From the NCBI RefSeq assembly GCF_006345805.1, contig NC_042998.1:72788001-72852000 (forward strand): a stretch of DNA of 64,000 nt, written 5' to 3'. Positions 14,601 to 27,050 of the stretch are shown piece by piece. The notes under the pieces were generated by a model. That model made no database searches. It was not told the DNA's origin and was given only the letters and a program-made list of their open reading frames with translations. Numbering within the stretch: position 1 is the stretch's first letter; every line of letters begins with the position of its first letter. This DNA is from Octopus sinensis. Its lineage: Eukaryota. The position numbers were made by a program, and so were the translations under genes.

Positions 14601-14884
14601 TGGTATAAGCACACACCAGAAAAGGTCACAGAAAACGAGAAAGCAACCATACTCTGGGATATGCCGATACACACAGATAGAGAAATTAAGGCTAACAGAC
14701 CAGATATAGTTGTCAGCGACCATGAAGAAACAAAATGCTTTCTAATTGATGTATCAATACCAGCTGATGACAACGTGTCTCTAAAAGAAATGGGGAAACT
14801 CTCAAAATACAAAGACCTGGAAATAGAGGTAACTAGAATGTGGAATCTGAAAACAGAAACAATTCCTATCATAGTAGGTGCAGC
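11613..14884 (+). mobile_element. R4/Dong-clade non-LTR retrotransposon (RT + restriction-like endonuclease), frameshifted, extreme 3' end missing
   Basis: ORF pieces: WKAPGHDKIPNFWLK, WIDYKEAFDSIPH, GIFQGDTLS, HLLYMDDLKLY, RLYIQRIGGGRGL, CRICGDGQETINHINSSC (CCHC), RHD, RPDIVV...LIDVSIP and KYKDL (RLE). Confidence 0.93.
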
Positions 14885-14935
14885 GAATAGGTAGGAAAGC
14901 GCAACGAATGTAAAAACCATGCACGTGTTGACAAC

Positions 14936-15110
14936 GAGCTGCCGAAATGATTAGAGCAACTCGCGGTCATAAGATCGATGTTTCGATTCCCAGACCAAGC
15001 GTGGTGGGTGTTTATTGAGCGAAATCACATAAATCTCCACGAGGCTCCAGCAGGGGACGGTGGCGATACTTGCTATACTCTTTCGCCGCAACATTCTCTC
15101 ACTCTTTCTT
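14936..15110 (+). mobile_element. tRNA-derived SINE interrupting the Dong 3' end
   Basis: GAGCTGCCGAAATGATTAGAGC (A-box-like) and TGTTTCGATTCCC (B-box-like). Confidence 0.6.
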
Positions 15111-15245
15111 GTGAGGTAATGGTGTCGTTGAGGCCCAGATGTGTCAGGTAATGCTGTATAAGTGCTATAGACAGACCATAGTTAAGTTCCAGGTTCGGTA
15201 ATTCTGCGAATTAGGGGTTCAAAGTTGTTCATATGTCAGCGTGTG

Positions 15246-15637
15246 TATATAAGAATTTTTGCGCAATGAGATTAAAAAACCAAGGCTGTGTAAATATTAG
15301 AACATTTATAGATAGAAGGTCTTACAGCTGTTTCCAGGATATTTGTTAATTATATCCCTTCAGTGGAGACGGTGTGAGAGGATGGTTAAGTAGTGGCTAA
15401 TTTGGATAGGATACAAAATAAATAGTCCTCCACCTCACTCTCTATTTTGTACCTTATCTAAATTAAATATTACTTAACCATCCTCTCACACCGTCTCCAA
15501 TGAAGGGATATAATTAATAAATATCCAGGAAGGGATATAATTAATAAATATCCTGTAAGACCTTCTATCTATAACTGTTTTAATATCTACACAACCCTCG
15601 TTCTTTTTTATCTCATTACGCAAAAAATTCTTATATA
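15246..15637. repeat. Fold-back inverted repeat of a PLE-type terminus (arms 15246-15420 and 15443-15637)
   Basis: Arms are reverse complements. The right arm has an internal tandem duplication. The arms carry a decayed hammerhead (GAAAC AGCT GTA AGAC). Confidence 0.88.
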
Positions 15638-15657
15638 TATATATATGTATGTATATA

Positions 15658-15723
<66 letters not shown>

Positions 15724-15724
15724 T

Positions 15725-16235
15725 AACAAGTGGTGTGTATATGTAAAATACAAGAAAGTAAGCAATACAAGATATAGGAATTTAGCATTCAGACTGACTG
15801 AGTAATAGAAGCTGGAAGGCCTGAGTTAGTAGTTGTAGATGAAGAGAATAGAAATTGCCATATAATTGACCTTACATTTTCAAATGAAGAAAAATCAATA
15901 TGAGAGGTGAGAATTGTTTCTGTTATTGTGGTATGTAAGAATGGGAAGTCACAAGCATCTAGATATTATCGCTGGAGAACCATGTCTTAGAGAAATACAA
16001 AAGATTGTGCCGACATGTGTTGGCAGCATCCTCAGATAAATCTTATTAATTTAAATGAATATGCTGTATTACACGAAGATATATCGTTACTGCTCTTACC
16101 ACTTCCTCTCCCCAAGCTTTAAGCCATACTGTAACATCACTTGCCCTAGGGCGCTGGGTGTGTCTCAGTTAGGTGTTGTAACAAACATGCAAATTAAAAG
16201 TAAATAATAGTAATAATATTAATAATAATAATAAT
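15725..16235 (+). mobile_element. 5'-truncated R4/Dong-like 3' fragment ending in a TAA tail
   Basis: IQTD.VIEAGRPELVVVDEENRNCHIIDL (RLE motif) followed by a 3' UTR and (TAA)n. Confidence 0.7.
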
Positions 16236-16237
16236 GT

Positions 16238-16311
16238 TGATGATGATGATGACGACGATGAAGACGAAACGACGATGATGATGATGATGATGATGTTGAT
16301 GATGATGATGG

Positions 16312-16388
<77 letters not shown>

Positions 16389-16416
16389 GTGGTGATGATG
16401 ATGATAATGATGACGA
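16238..16416. repeat. (GAT)n microsatellite
   Basis: Direct reading. Confidence 0.95.
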
Positions 16417-17528
16417 TATGTTTCTTTTCGTTTAAATTATTTTTATAATGACCTTGAGCCTAGAAAATCTACATTGCAGTTAGAAACATTAGTATTTGTA
16501 ATTTATAAATGTATTAATTATGTTTCCTTTTGACTAGATACTATGCAACACTTGTAGGAAAAAGTATTTCTTTTCATAAAAATTCTCCGGTAGTATTGAA
16601 GACGTGTTAAAATTATTTATATTGATGTCATCCCACTTGTGTAAATTATTCTCTCTGAATTTCTTTTGCTACCGCAAGAATAATGATGCAAATATTTCGT
16701 CCAGGTGGTTGTCGATAATGCTTTTCCCATACAAGATGCAGATTTAAGGGAAATAAAATGGATGTTAATATAAGTGAAAATGCTTTTTGTAATTCTGCAC
16801 ATATTTTATTTACATAATATTAGATATTAATAAATACTCTTTTCGCATTAGAGAAGTATTACATGCTATACATGTATTCGATGGGTATTTACATAGGAGC
16901 ACACGAGAACTAGTTTTACTGTTTGTAAATCAGAGTAGCCGCGTTTTTCACAGTTTTGTAGGTGGTCAACTGGAAGAGTTTATTATATATATGCACTCTG
17001 GTAAATGCAATAAACAGTAAGATTTTTGCCACTCTATTTCTCGATTAATATTTTCAAAAAATTTTTGAAAGCCGTTTTATCAGGGATATTATTGATTTTA
17101 TTGATATGAATCTTCAGAGCTGAAAACTAATAGCAAAATGATCGTAAATCGTTAAAGTTGTCACACAACAGAAGGTTCTTCTATATGACGATGTATGGTG
17201 AAATCATTTGCATATCCTATAATACAGAATTTCATACTACTTAAGATTGAAATTTATCTAGTTTGCATGGGTGCTTTTCTTTAGGTTTTACTGGAAATCA
17301 AGGTAGATAGCTTTTCGTTTTGAGCTGATGTGAATTTAGAGTTTTGAGAATGTGCGTTATGTAACGTTCCCTTTACCATGTGTCTACGAATAACTAATAC
17401 TGAATCAATCATATCGATATATATATATATAGTCAATAATAAAAGGTTAAGATTAATTAATTATTAATTAATAATTTTACCAAGTAGTGTTCGGTATGTA
17501 AAAAGACCATTTACGGTATATTTAAAAC

Positions 17529-18096
17529 ATTACGTTATATAATTAGGATTCAGTAAAATGATTTACTTTACCACGCACCGAACGTTTAGAAATAGCAGTC
17601 AAAAAATTATAACTATTTCCTCTACTATAAGAAAAGTCTCCCAGACAATGTATACTCAAAAATAATTCACGCAGGTATAGAGGGAAAAATAACGTAAGAT
17701 CACACGTACATCGATTACTTGAGAACACCGTTTGTGGATTACTTGGATATAGAGATCAACATTTCCGTCATCAGCACAATATTTCTTTAGGTTTAAATTT
17801 GAGAGCGCTAAAAATCGAGCATACCCGTTTGATATGAGTAATCCCAGACAAACCATCTTCGACCGCCAGTACTAACGAATTCAAAAAGTACGAAAGCACG
17901 GCGTTCTCAGGTAATCGATGTATGTGTGATCTTTCGTTATTTTTCCCTCTATACCTGCGTGAATTATTTTTGAGTATACATTGTCTGGGAGACTTTTCTT
18001 ATTGTAGAGGAAATAGCTAAAAGTTTTTTGCTGCTATTTCTAAAGGTTCGGTGTGTCGTAAAGTAAATTATTTTACTGAACCCTAATTATATAACG

Positions 18097-18100
<4 letters not shown>
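17529..18100. repeat. Inverted repeat with ~203-bp arms (17529-17731 and 17898-18100), PLE-type terminus
   Basis: Arms are reverse complements with roughly 8% mismatch. Outer arm is homologous to the palindrome at 43362-43553. Confidence 0.9.
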
Positions 18101-18131
<31 letters not shown>

Positions 18132-18189
18132 TTTTATTTTTATTTTTCCAGTTTCAGCTAATGAGCTGTGGCCATGCTGGGGCACCGCC

Positions 18190-18233
<44 letters not shown>

Positions 18234-18984
18234 TTGGGGAAGCGAATGACAAGAATAGAAAATGTCGATGTAATTACAACGCTGCTTGTTGTACTAGACT
18301 GTCTTATTTTTATATATAGCATAACTGCCCTTCATGAAAAGTGCGTCACATGTGTCTATATTCTTTCCATTATATATTTTGCAGTCTGCTAACTCAAAAA
18401 CTATGATGCTATATCATAATATTTGTCAAAGGTATGCAGGAACACCTGTGTAGTAAGGATATGCACGTTGCACCTTTTTGTTTTGGGAAGTGATACCAAG
18501 TCGTCAAAGACTCAGTTCCACCCAAGCCTTGTGCACAAAATATGATCGACTGAAGCTGTGTTGAATTCTGTGGAATATAACGTATATAGTCGTATATTTC
18601 CATCTATTTTAGGGATATGAGGGCTATATGATTCTTTAAACAAGATAGAGTGATTAGAAACAGGGTATTAATAAATATAGGTATTAAATAGAATTTAAAT
18701 AATGTAATATTTTACGTAGGTACTCTGTGTTTTTACTAAGTTCTAGACATGTAAATTGCATAAATTTTAGGATTTCTATTGATGGTTCAGTAGAAATATG
18801 AAGACGTTTCTTGATAAGAATTAATAGTTAACTACAAATTTTTCGTACAAACTTCCGACACTTAAAAAACGTTGCAGATCAAAAGAAAACACCCATTTTA
18901 TGCGTGACAAATCAACAAATTGTATGGAAATCAAACAATGGAAATCGTTTCGCAGGCATATCTGAAATAAATATATATGTACAT

Positions 18985-19004
18985 AGACAGACATACAGAC
19001 AGAC

Positions 19005-19056
<52 letters not shown>

Positions 19057-19083
19057 GGATAGATAGATAGATAGACAGATAAG

Positions 19084-19117
<34 letters not shown>
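18985..19117. repeat. (GACA)/(GATA)n microsatellite, 3' flank of the Tx1 element
   Basis: Direct reading. Confidence 0.97.
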
Positions 19118-19118
<1 letters not shown>

Positions 19119-19592
19119 GTTTCTTTATTGGCCACACAGGGCTGCACACAGATGGGACAAGTTACAAGGTAGAGCTTTTCTTTTGGGGGATGAAGAGAAC
19201 AAAAAACAAAAGAAAAAAAGGGGGGTGGCGTAGGTTTTCGATCAAAAGTGATCGTAAAAGGGAAGAAAAGAACAAAAACAAAAAAAAAACAAAAAAAATT
19301 GAATAAAATAAAAAGAATAAAAAGAAACAAAAAGAAAAGGAAAAGGAACAAAAGGAAAGAGAAATGAAAAAAGAAGAAAAAGGGGGAAAAAAAGGGGAAG
19401 AGGAATAAAAAGAACGATCAATAGGGATCGTGTATCACAGTGTTATGATATATGGTGTAAAGGGGAAAGCAAGTAAGGTTTATCCGTGGGAAGAAAAGCC
19501 TACGAAAAAGACCACGGTAACCTTGGCCAATATTGTTATATGTTACCACATGTGTTTGCAAGTGGGTAACCCTCTGTTTTCAATTTCTGGGT

Positions 19593-22500
19593 TCATAGGA
19601 TTATGCTAAAGGTGGCTTCGTCATTCATACGTGTCATCCTTGCTACATTCACCCATCTTTTTTTAAAACATTCGCTAGACAAAACTTGCCTCTCTACTCT
19701 CACTTTCCTTTTCAAGTGGTACTTGAAGAAGTTGATGAGAGATTGACCAGAGAGGAAAGTGTTTGTCTCCAATCCTTTCAGACGCGTCCACCAGATACAT
19801 TCTTTCGCCATAGCCACAAGGATGATGAAAATAGCTCTTCCTTCCCGTTTGAAGGAAGGAGGCGTGACAATATTGACGATAGACTCAGCTGATAAACCGA
19901 CTCGTCCTACACGTGACAGCAGTTGTTCGACATAAGCCCACAGGTCGGAAATTGTTGGACACTGCACGAGTACGTGCAGAACGTTTTCGTCGCTCTGACC
20001 GCATCTCGGGCAGGTCGGCCCCGTGTTTCTCGAGCCGTGTCTGTAGAGCTTATCCCGAACGGGTAGCGCTTCTCGGTAGCACTGCCAGGCCAGGGATCTC
20101 TGGAAGTTGTCCATGGGCCCTGGCCCGAAAGTCGTCCTGAACAGGCGGGTCAGGTACTCCTCGTCGACGTCCAGGTTCGGCCCGAGCTCGTCGTCGTACC
20201 TCCCCTCCACTAATCCCCTATAGAATGCTTTGGTTGTGTTGAAGTCCACTCAAGGTCGACCCGGGACGGCAGAGTTGCCTGAGAGCAACGCGACACTCGC
20301 GGTGCCAATCGCCCTTCCTCGGGCTCTTTTTGATCCACGACTGCAGTTCGGTCATGGAGAGGAGCTGCGGGAAAGCGTGCCTCACAAACGGCGACCACAC
20401 CTGTTCACCGTCGTCTGCATAGAGCCAGAGATGTCGCAGTCTCAGCGCGTGTCTGCGCATCATCAACCACGGCATGCCCAGCCCTCCTTTTAGCGGGTGT
20501 TGACAGCAAATGGATCGCCTGACCATCGGGACGCATCCTTTCCACAAGAAGCGAAAGAGAATGCGTTGTAGTTTGGTGATGGTAGGGTCGGGACAAGGTA
20601 CGACGGTCAGGCGGTAGTAGATGACGGACGCGATGTACGTGTTCGCCACCTCCGCCCGACCTTTTAGGGACAGTTTCCTCTCGGCCCATTGCATGGGCTT
20701 GCTTCTCCAGGTGCCTAGTCGCAAGCCCACTGACTTTCCCGGTTGATTTTCGCTCCTGTCACCGCTTCGTAGTTTTTCAGTGTCTCGCCGACCTGCTCGA
20801 TGTGCTCGTGGCTAGACACTATGACGGTGACGTCGTCCGCGTATGCAGACACGCTCGTCCCGCATCCCAGTTCTCGCGGGATGCCCCTCAAAGTTGCCAG
20901 CTTCCGCAATAATGGCTCGAGAGTCAATACGTATAGAAGCGACGAGAGGGGGCATCCCTGACGGACCGAACGTGCGATGTCGAAGGGTCTCGATAGATGT
21001 CCATTCACGCGAATTACCGAACGGATGCCTCTGTACAAAGCGGCTATCCAGCCGCGGAAAACGGGACCGAAGCCTGCCGCTCTGATGACCGCCTCCAAGT
21101 ATCGATGGTCTACCCTATCGAAAGCTTTCGATTGATCCAAATTGATCAGCGCCCACCCATGCCAGGTTCGTTAACTACTCTGTCTATGATGTAGCGCATC
21201 AGGTCGAGGTTGTCATGGATGGTCCGGCCCGGCACGGCGCTTTTTGCGCCCTGTCGACCAGTTTCTCGATGACAAGCGCCAACCTCTTGGCTAGCACCTT
21301 GGCCAAAATTTTCAAGTCTGCATTAAGCAGAGTGATGGGCCTAAAGTTATCTATTACATTTCCCTTGTTTAGATCTTTCTTCAGCAGTGTTACGGCTCCT
21401 CGGCTCACAAAACCAGGAATGCTCCCGTTTTGCTGCCAGTTAGAGTAAACCGCCGCCAAGAGATCTCCAAACAAGTCTGGCATACAATTGTAAGGCTCGT
21501 AGTGTAGACCATCCAAACCCGGTGATTTGTCCCTCGAGCATTCTGCCATCGCCTCCTGCACTTCCGCCGCCGTGATGGCACCTTCGCAGCACCCTGCCTT
21601 TCTTGTCGAGAGTCGTGGTAGGCTATGTAGATAGGCACTGAAGTCCACCCTACGTTCTTGCCCTCCACTCGTCCCGAACAGTCGGGCAAAATGCTGCTGA
21701 AAGGCCTCACACATTTTACTTGGCTCGAGCAATTCGCGCCCCTGTTCATCTACCAGAGACCGAATGGTGGCTTTGTTGCCCTGTTGCGCCTCTGCCACCC
21801 GGGCCTCTCTCGCGGCTCCAACACCTTCGTTCCTTAGAGCACGCATCCTAGCTCTGACAGCACATCCTTCGTGTTTGGCGTTGAAGTGTTGGTCGAGAGC
21901 CAACCTCGCCGCCAAAACGTCGGATGCGATGCCGCTTCTAATTGCCTCTTCTAGCTTCTTAACTAGCTCACCCTCAACTCTATTTCTATCTATGGCTAGT
22001 GCTTTGCTGTACCTAATCGCTTCTGCTTTTACTGCTCTCTTGAGGGCAAACCACCATTTGTTGTTGTTGATGGCTCCCGTCAAAGCCCTCTTTACTAGTG
22101 TGCTAATCCGGTCTCTGAAAACCTGTCTCGATGGGAAAGACGCGTTTAGTTTCCAGTATCCGGGACCCTGCCTAAGTGTCTTACCTAAGTCTAGCGTACA
22201 TGTCACAAGTTTGTGATCCGTGTAACTGACTATGTGGAATTGTGGACATCCTATGCTATCTCTGTCTACTGTCCTACACAGTATCCTATCTAGATACGAT
22301 CTCGACGACCCGATGCGGTTGCTCCATGTCCACGTTGGCGCATTCGGGTGGTCTAGTCGGAACCTGTCAGATAGTTGAAAGCGTCTGAGCAGGTCTCTGA
22401 GGCATTTGCATCCCCGTCTATTCCTATCTCTACCCATGTAGTCTACATGCGTGTCCAAGGTAGCATTCCAATCCCCCACTAAGAGTAAAGGACGAGACGT

Positions 22501-22892
22501 TCCCAAGAATGCTTCTAGTCGTTGAAAGAAATCCGCCCGACCTGTTAAGGGCGGTGCGTAGACTGATACGAGTCGAAAAGCGCACCCATTGCTGCCGTCG
22601 ACATCCAGGACGACCAGTCTACCCTCCGGGTCTACGAATATTGTCCTTACTTTGAGGTCCAGACTCTTGCGAAAAAGTACCGCGGTGCCACTACCGCCCA
22701 TTCTCGGCAGACAAGGGGAAATTAAATGTTGAACTGTCCGCCAAACATGGTCTTTAGGGCCCGCGGATTGTGGAGTCTGGTCTCACTTATGGCTATAATT
22801 TCTAACTTATGTGACTTTATGTCATTTAAGAGGTACCCTTGTTTCCAAGGGGACCCCAAGCCACGCGCATTTACACAACCAATCTTGATCAT
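19593..22892 (-). pseudogene. ORF2: APE endonuclease + reverse transcriptase + C-terminal zinc finger (several frameshifts)
   Basis: MIKIGCVNARGLG, SETR, VYAP, GDWN, YLDRIL, TDHKLV; SPGLDG, NFRPITLLNADLKILAKVL, DQSKAFDRVDH, RQGCPLS, YADDV; CPRCGQSDENVLHVLVQC. Split over track ORFs 21199-22701, 20715-21140, 20218-20730 and 19593-20249. Confidence 0.95.
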
Positions 22893-22936
22893 AATCCTAA
22901 TGAATTAGAATACAAGTGAAAGGAACAGAGGGTTAC

Positions 22937-24935
22937 TTACTGCTCGAACGTTTTTGCTTTCTCCTCCGTTGGTTTGTCCTCGAGGAGATCCCAGTACAGT
23001 TTCTTTGTGAGATATTTTTGGCATTTACCAACCGCACTGGGGAAAATGCCTTTGAGTGTGTGGTGCAGACTTTTGGAGATGTGTAATATTTTGATGTGGT
23101 CTGGTGGTGTTGTTTATGGGTGATTGTTTGTTTTTATTTCATCTTCTGTTATGTTTGTTTTTGATGTATTCCATCGAATTTGTGTTTTTGGTGTCTATAG
23201 CTGTGAGCATGTTTGTTGTATATATGTTTGTGGTGTTGGTGTGGCTGTTGTTTGTGTTGGGTTTTGAAATGTCTTCGGGAGATGTATTTCCCCCTGCTTT
23301 GTTCGTGTTTGCATTTGGTTTGGTTGTGTTTCTGCTCTTTATTTTCCTTCTTTTCGTAGCTATTTGCCATTCCTCACTGGTTTCATCTTCCGACGAAATT
23401 TCTGAGGAATCAGTAGGGGGTATGGGTATGTTGCAGGCTTCTATGTATGTCTGTGTAAATGGTTGTGTTGTTGTTTTCGTTGTTGTTGGTTGTTGAGTGT
23501 TTGTGTGTGTTGAGTGCGGTATAAGGGATGGGGGATCAGTTTGTGTGTGTTTTCTTTGTTTTTCTGTACTTTGGGTTTTGCTGTTGTTGGTGGTGTTGGT
23601 ATTTTTTCAGGTGTTGAGTGGTTTTTGGTTGATGACGGATTAGCTTGGTGTGCTTCTCTTGTCGTCTTCTGCGTTGATGGTGGTGTGGGTAGTAGAGCTT
23701 TTTTTCCGGAGTGCTTTGGTTGTGGTAGTGGTAGTGGTTGTTGTTGTTGCTCTTGGTGTGCTGTGGTTGGGCACGTCTTTTTCAGGTGTGTTTCACTTCC
23801 ACACAAATAGCAGCGTGGTCGCCTGCCCTCTACCACTACATAGAGTTTGTAGCTTCCTGGCAGTTCTATAGTGGTGGGTATCTTCTCTCTTGTTGCTTCA
23901 TCCAATTGAAGCAGGAATTCGATTGATTTGCCCACATAGTCTTTCTCTCCTAGAACAGCGATTTCAAGGATGTTTGTCTCTGACATTGTCTCTGTCATTT
24001 CAAAGCAGATGGCAGAGACTAACCATTGTGTTTCGACATCAAGCGGTATATTTTTTATTTGGACTTTTGTGACTCTCTTGTTTAAATAGATTGGCATCAT
24101 TACCAAGTCGTCCGAATGCAGCTCCAATGTGGAAAAACGTTTTGCTAAACTTTCGTTGAGGAAACGTACTTGGACTGTACCAAATTTATTTCCCCAATTG
24201 ATATATTCCTTGGAGTCCCATACAGGACGAAGGCATTTTTCGATTTTTTCCTGCGGTGCATTTTCTGTTCTTCTTGTTTTCTTGTTTATTACTTTATAAA
24301 TTATTGTTTTTTTTTTGTGTGTTTTCCACGATGTGTTGTGGAATGTGAAGGTGCAATTTGTCTCCTTCTTTGGTAACGAGTGCTTTTGTGCGGTTTATTT
24401 CTTGTGTGGTGAATTTTACAATTGTTCTTTTTTGTTTTGTTACGTCCGCAAAATTCGTTTTGAATTTGGCAGTAGAAGTGTTAATTGTGGCAGTTGAAGT
24501 CGTGGTAGTGGTGTTGGTGTTGGCGGTATTAGCAGCAGAAGGCTTAGATGTAGCATCTGAAGTCGTAGTAGTGGTGTTGGTGTTGGCGGTGTTGTCTTTG
24601 GTAGGCGGCTTTGTGCCAATTTCGTTGTTGTTGTTGGTGGTGGTGATGGTGGTGGTGCTGGCATTCATGTTTTCGTCTGTATTCATTTTTGAAATCCCTT
24701 TCTCCGTCTTTTTATCATCGACAAGTGGTGTAGGGAGTGGGGGGAAATCTAAGTTAATGTCTTCGGTCGTGGCGATGGTGAATGGTGTTGCGACGTTAGT
24801 TTTGCTGTTGTTGGTGGTGGTGGTGACAGCGGTGTTCAAGCTGCGAGGTTTAGCAGCTAGTGGTAGCAAAAGTGTTTCGCTACCGTTCTGCATGACTGGC
24901 GGGCTAGCCACGTGGTTTCTAGTTGCCATTTTCAA
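22937..24935 (-). pseudogene. ORF1: gag-like nucleic-acid-binding protein with CCHC zinc knuckle (frameshifted)
   Basis: Thr/Asn-rich N-terminus, RRM-like segment, VVVEGRRPRCYLCGSETHLKKTC (C-x2-C-x4-H-x4-C), low-complexity tail. Confidence 0.88.
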
Positions 24936-24983
24936 AATGAAAAATGGCTAAAAGGAGCCAACGAAAGTTTTGAAAGTTTTGGG

Positions 24984-25085
<102 letters not shown>

Positions 25086-25569
25086 TGTATTAGTAGATTT
25101 CTTCCTTTATGATTAAATTTGAATGAGAATTTTGACATCGATATCTGTTGAATATTTAAATTCTCATTGGGCACTTGTTATAGTTAGAGAAGAAATATAT
25201 TTTACCTTCTATTTTTATTAAAACTTAAATTTTAACCTTAGAAACAAGATGCTTATATGGTATATTTCTTTCGCATCGGAAATTTTACGGCAAAAGTAAT
25301 CAGTTCGGAATATATTAATCAAATGCAAATTTGATTTAAGAAAATCAGTAGCGTTTAGCTTATAAAAGTTACTCTATATTTTCAGTTATTTCAAACACTT
25401 GTGTGAGATTTTGCAATTTAACGAGCGGGGATGCTATTCCTTAATTAGTATTCAGAGAAATATTTCATTTGGGAAAAAGAAGATTAATGAATATAATGTA
25501 TATACAATATTTCGAAACGAATTTAGATTATTTAAGCCAACAGTTTTATGACATTTTGTCTACTTGCAA

Positions 25570-25582
25570 TGACCTTTGACCT
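25570..25582 (-). promoter_or_regulatory. Perfect DR1 nuclear-receptor motif AGGTCA-A-AGGTCA
   Basis: TGACCTTTGACCT on the plus strand in non-repeat-looking DNA. Function is unknown. Confidence 0.3.
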
Positions 25583-26299
25583 CTTTTACATCGCATAATA
25601 CATTTTTAACAAGAAAACAAGCGATGCATCTACATGAACCATAGACTGAGTTTCCAATTTTATAGAACATAGGGCACTTATTCTTAAATTTGATGGTTCA
25701 TATCTAATGAAACTAATTACACTTAAAGCTCAGTTTCAATTTAAACGAAGGTGTAGTTATTTCTAAAGTTTGTTGTCCATTTACAGTATAAATTGTGATT
25801 CATTCATACATAGAAAAACTCACATATTTTTGTGCATGTGTATATCTTTATGTGTGCTATACGTAAATATGTGAGTGGTTGGAGATGTATGCAAGTGTAT
25901 GTAAATACATGAATGTGTACTTCTGTAAACTCTACTTTCAAGTCTTTAAACATATTTCAAATGATCAACGCTTTTTGAAATTGGTATCTTCGTGATGTTT
26001 AATATTATCACTCTAGATTTATCAAAAAAAGCCTCTGTATAATTTCTCACGATAAATATCTCTTGTTTAGATTGCTAAAAAAAATGTTACCTCTAAATAA
26101 TATGTAATTATTTGTACAAGAATTTCAGTGAAGAAATGCTACGATTAGACAAGTTAAAACGCTTTACAGTGGCCTATATTCACACACTCACACACAAGTA
26201 TACTCGTTTTCACGCATACAAACACATAGAAAATCAAACTCATACGCATATAAACAAACACCACCACACACGCATGTACACAAATATTTGTATAAGATA

Positions 26300-27050
26300 T
26301 TTATCCAAGATTTGGAGACAAAATACTTTACAGTTTGAAAAAGACTGTAATTAACAACAAAAGATACACATTCCAGCAAGTGCAAGTAACTTTTACGTTC
26401 CTCCTATCATTTCAATGAAGAAACCAAACAAGTTCCATCACCTCCAATTTCAAACTTCAAGTGCAGCTGCTTTTCTTTTATCTGAAAGGCTGAATACGGA
26501 ACTTGTGATTTTTCATATTTCTCACTCGCACAGAATGCTCATTCTTTAGTTGTAAGTGAGTGTGATGAAATGTTTAACACTCTCCGGAGTAATGGAATCT
26601 CCTAGCTTGTTCTGGTTTCAGAAGCACTATTTTAGATATCTTATAGAATAGAGAGTAACATTTGATTAGCTTGTTGAATATAAATTTTGGGGGACTAACA
26701 TATTTTTTTTATATAGCACTGTACTAGTGCAGATATACAACGAGTATGACCTTGAGAAAGAGAACTACTCTACATAAAGAGCAAATCCGTTTCCTGCAAT
26801 ATAGACAAATTCCTCTCAATGGACATATAGAAAAATGTGCAGATAACATCGAACCAAATTTCACAGTCTTCCCTTTCTACCAGTGCAAAGACACAATCTC
26901 TCAACTAGATCCCCTCATTAAACAAGGGTTTTGAAACTTGTCCCTTTCATCACACACAACATGGACAAAATTTCTTCTTAAGAAAAAATATATATTCAAA
27001 TAAGTAAAACATAATATCATGAATAGCGATAGCGAAACCGGTCGATATAT
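26300..27050 (+). mobile_element. Penelope-like element fragment (GIY-YIG region) with a decayed hammerhead at its 3' end
   Basis: TLRKRTTLHKEQIRFLQYRQIPLNGHIEKCADNIEPNFTVFPFYQC, homologous to 44750-45235. ATATC-ATGAATA-GC GATA GC-GAAAC CG GTC-GATAT at 27014-27048. Confidence 0.75.

Larger units (their letters stand above)
19118..24983 (-). mobile_element. Full-length Tx1-clade (L1 group) LINE, ~5.87 kb, inserted in (GATA)n
   Basis: Short 5' UTR, ORF1, ORF2 (APE-RT-zinc finger), and a 3' UTR with a polypyrimidine tract and AATAAA just before the junction. GATA arrays flank both ends. Confidence 0.95.

Noticed and set aside
18409-18603. Candidate exon in GC-richer non-repeat DNA
   Set aside because: No frame gave a recognisable protein or a consistent splice pair.
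23104-24951. Hydrophobic plus-strand ORFs resembling membrane proteins (e.g. 24358-24951, 23104-23496)
   Set aside because: Antisense to the A/C-rich Tx1 ORF1.
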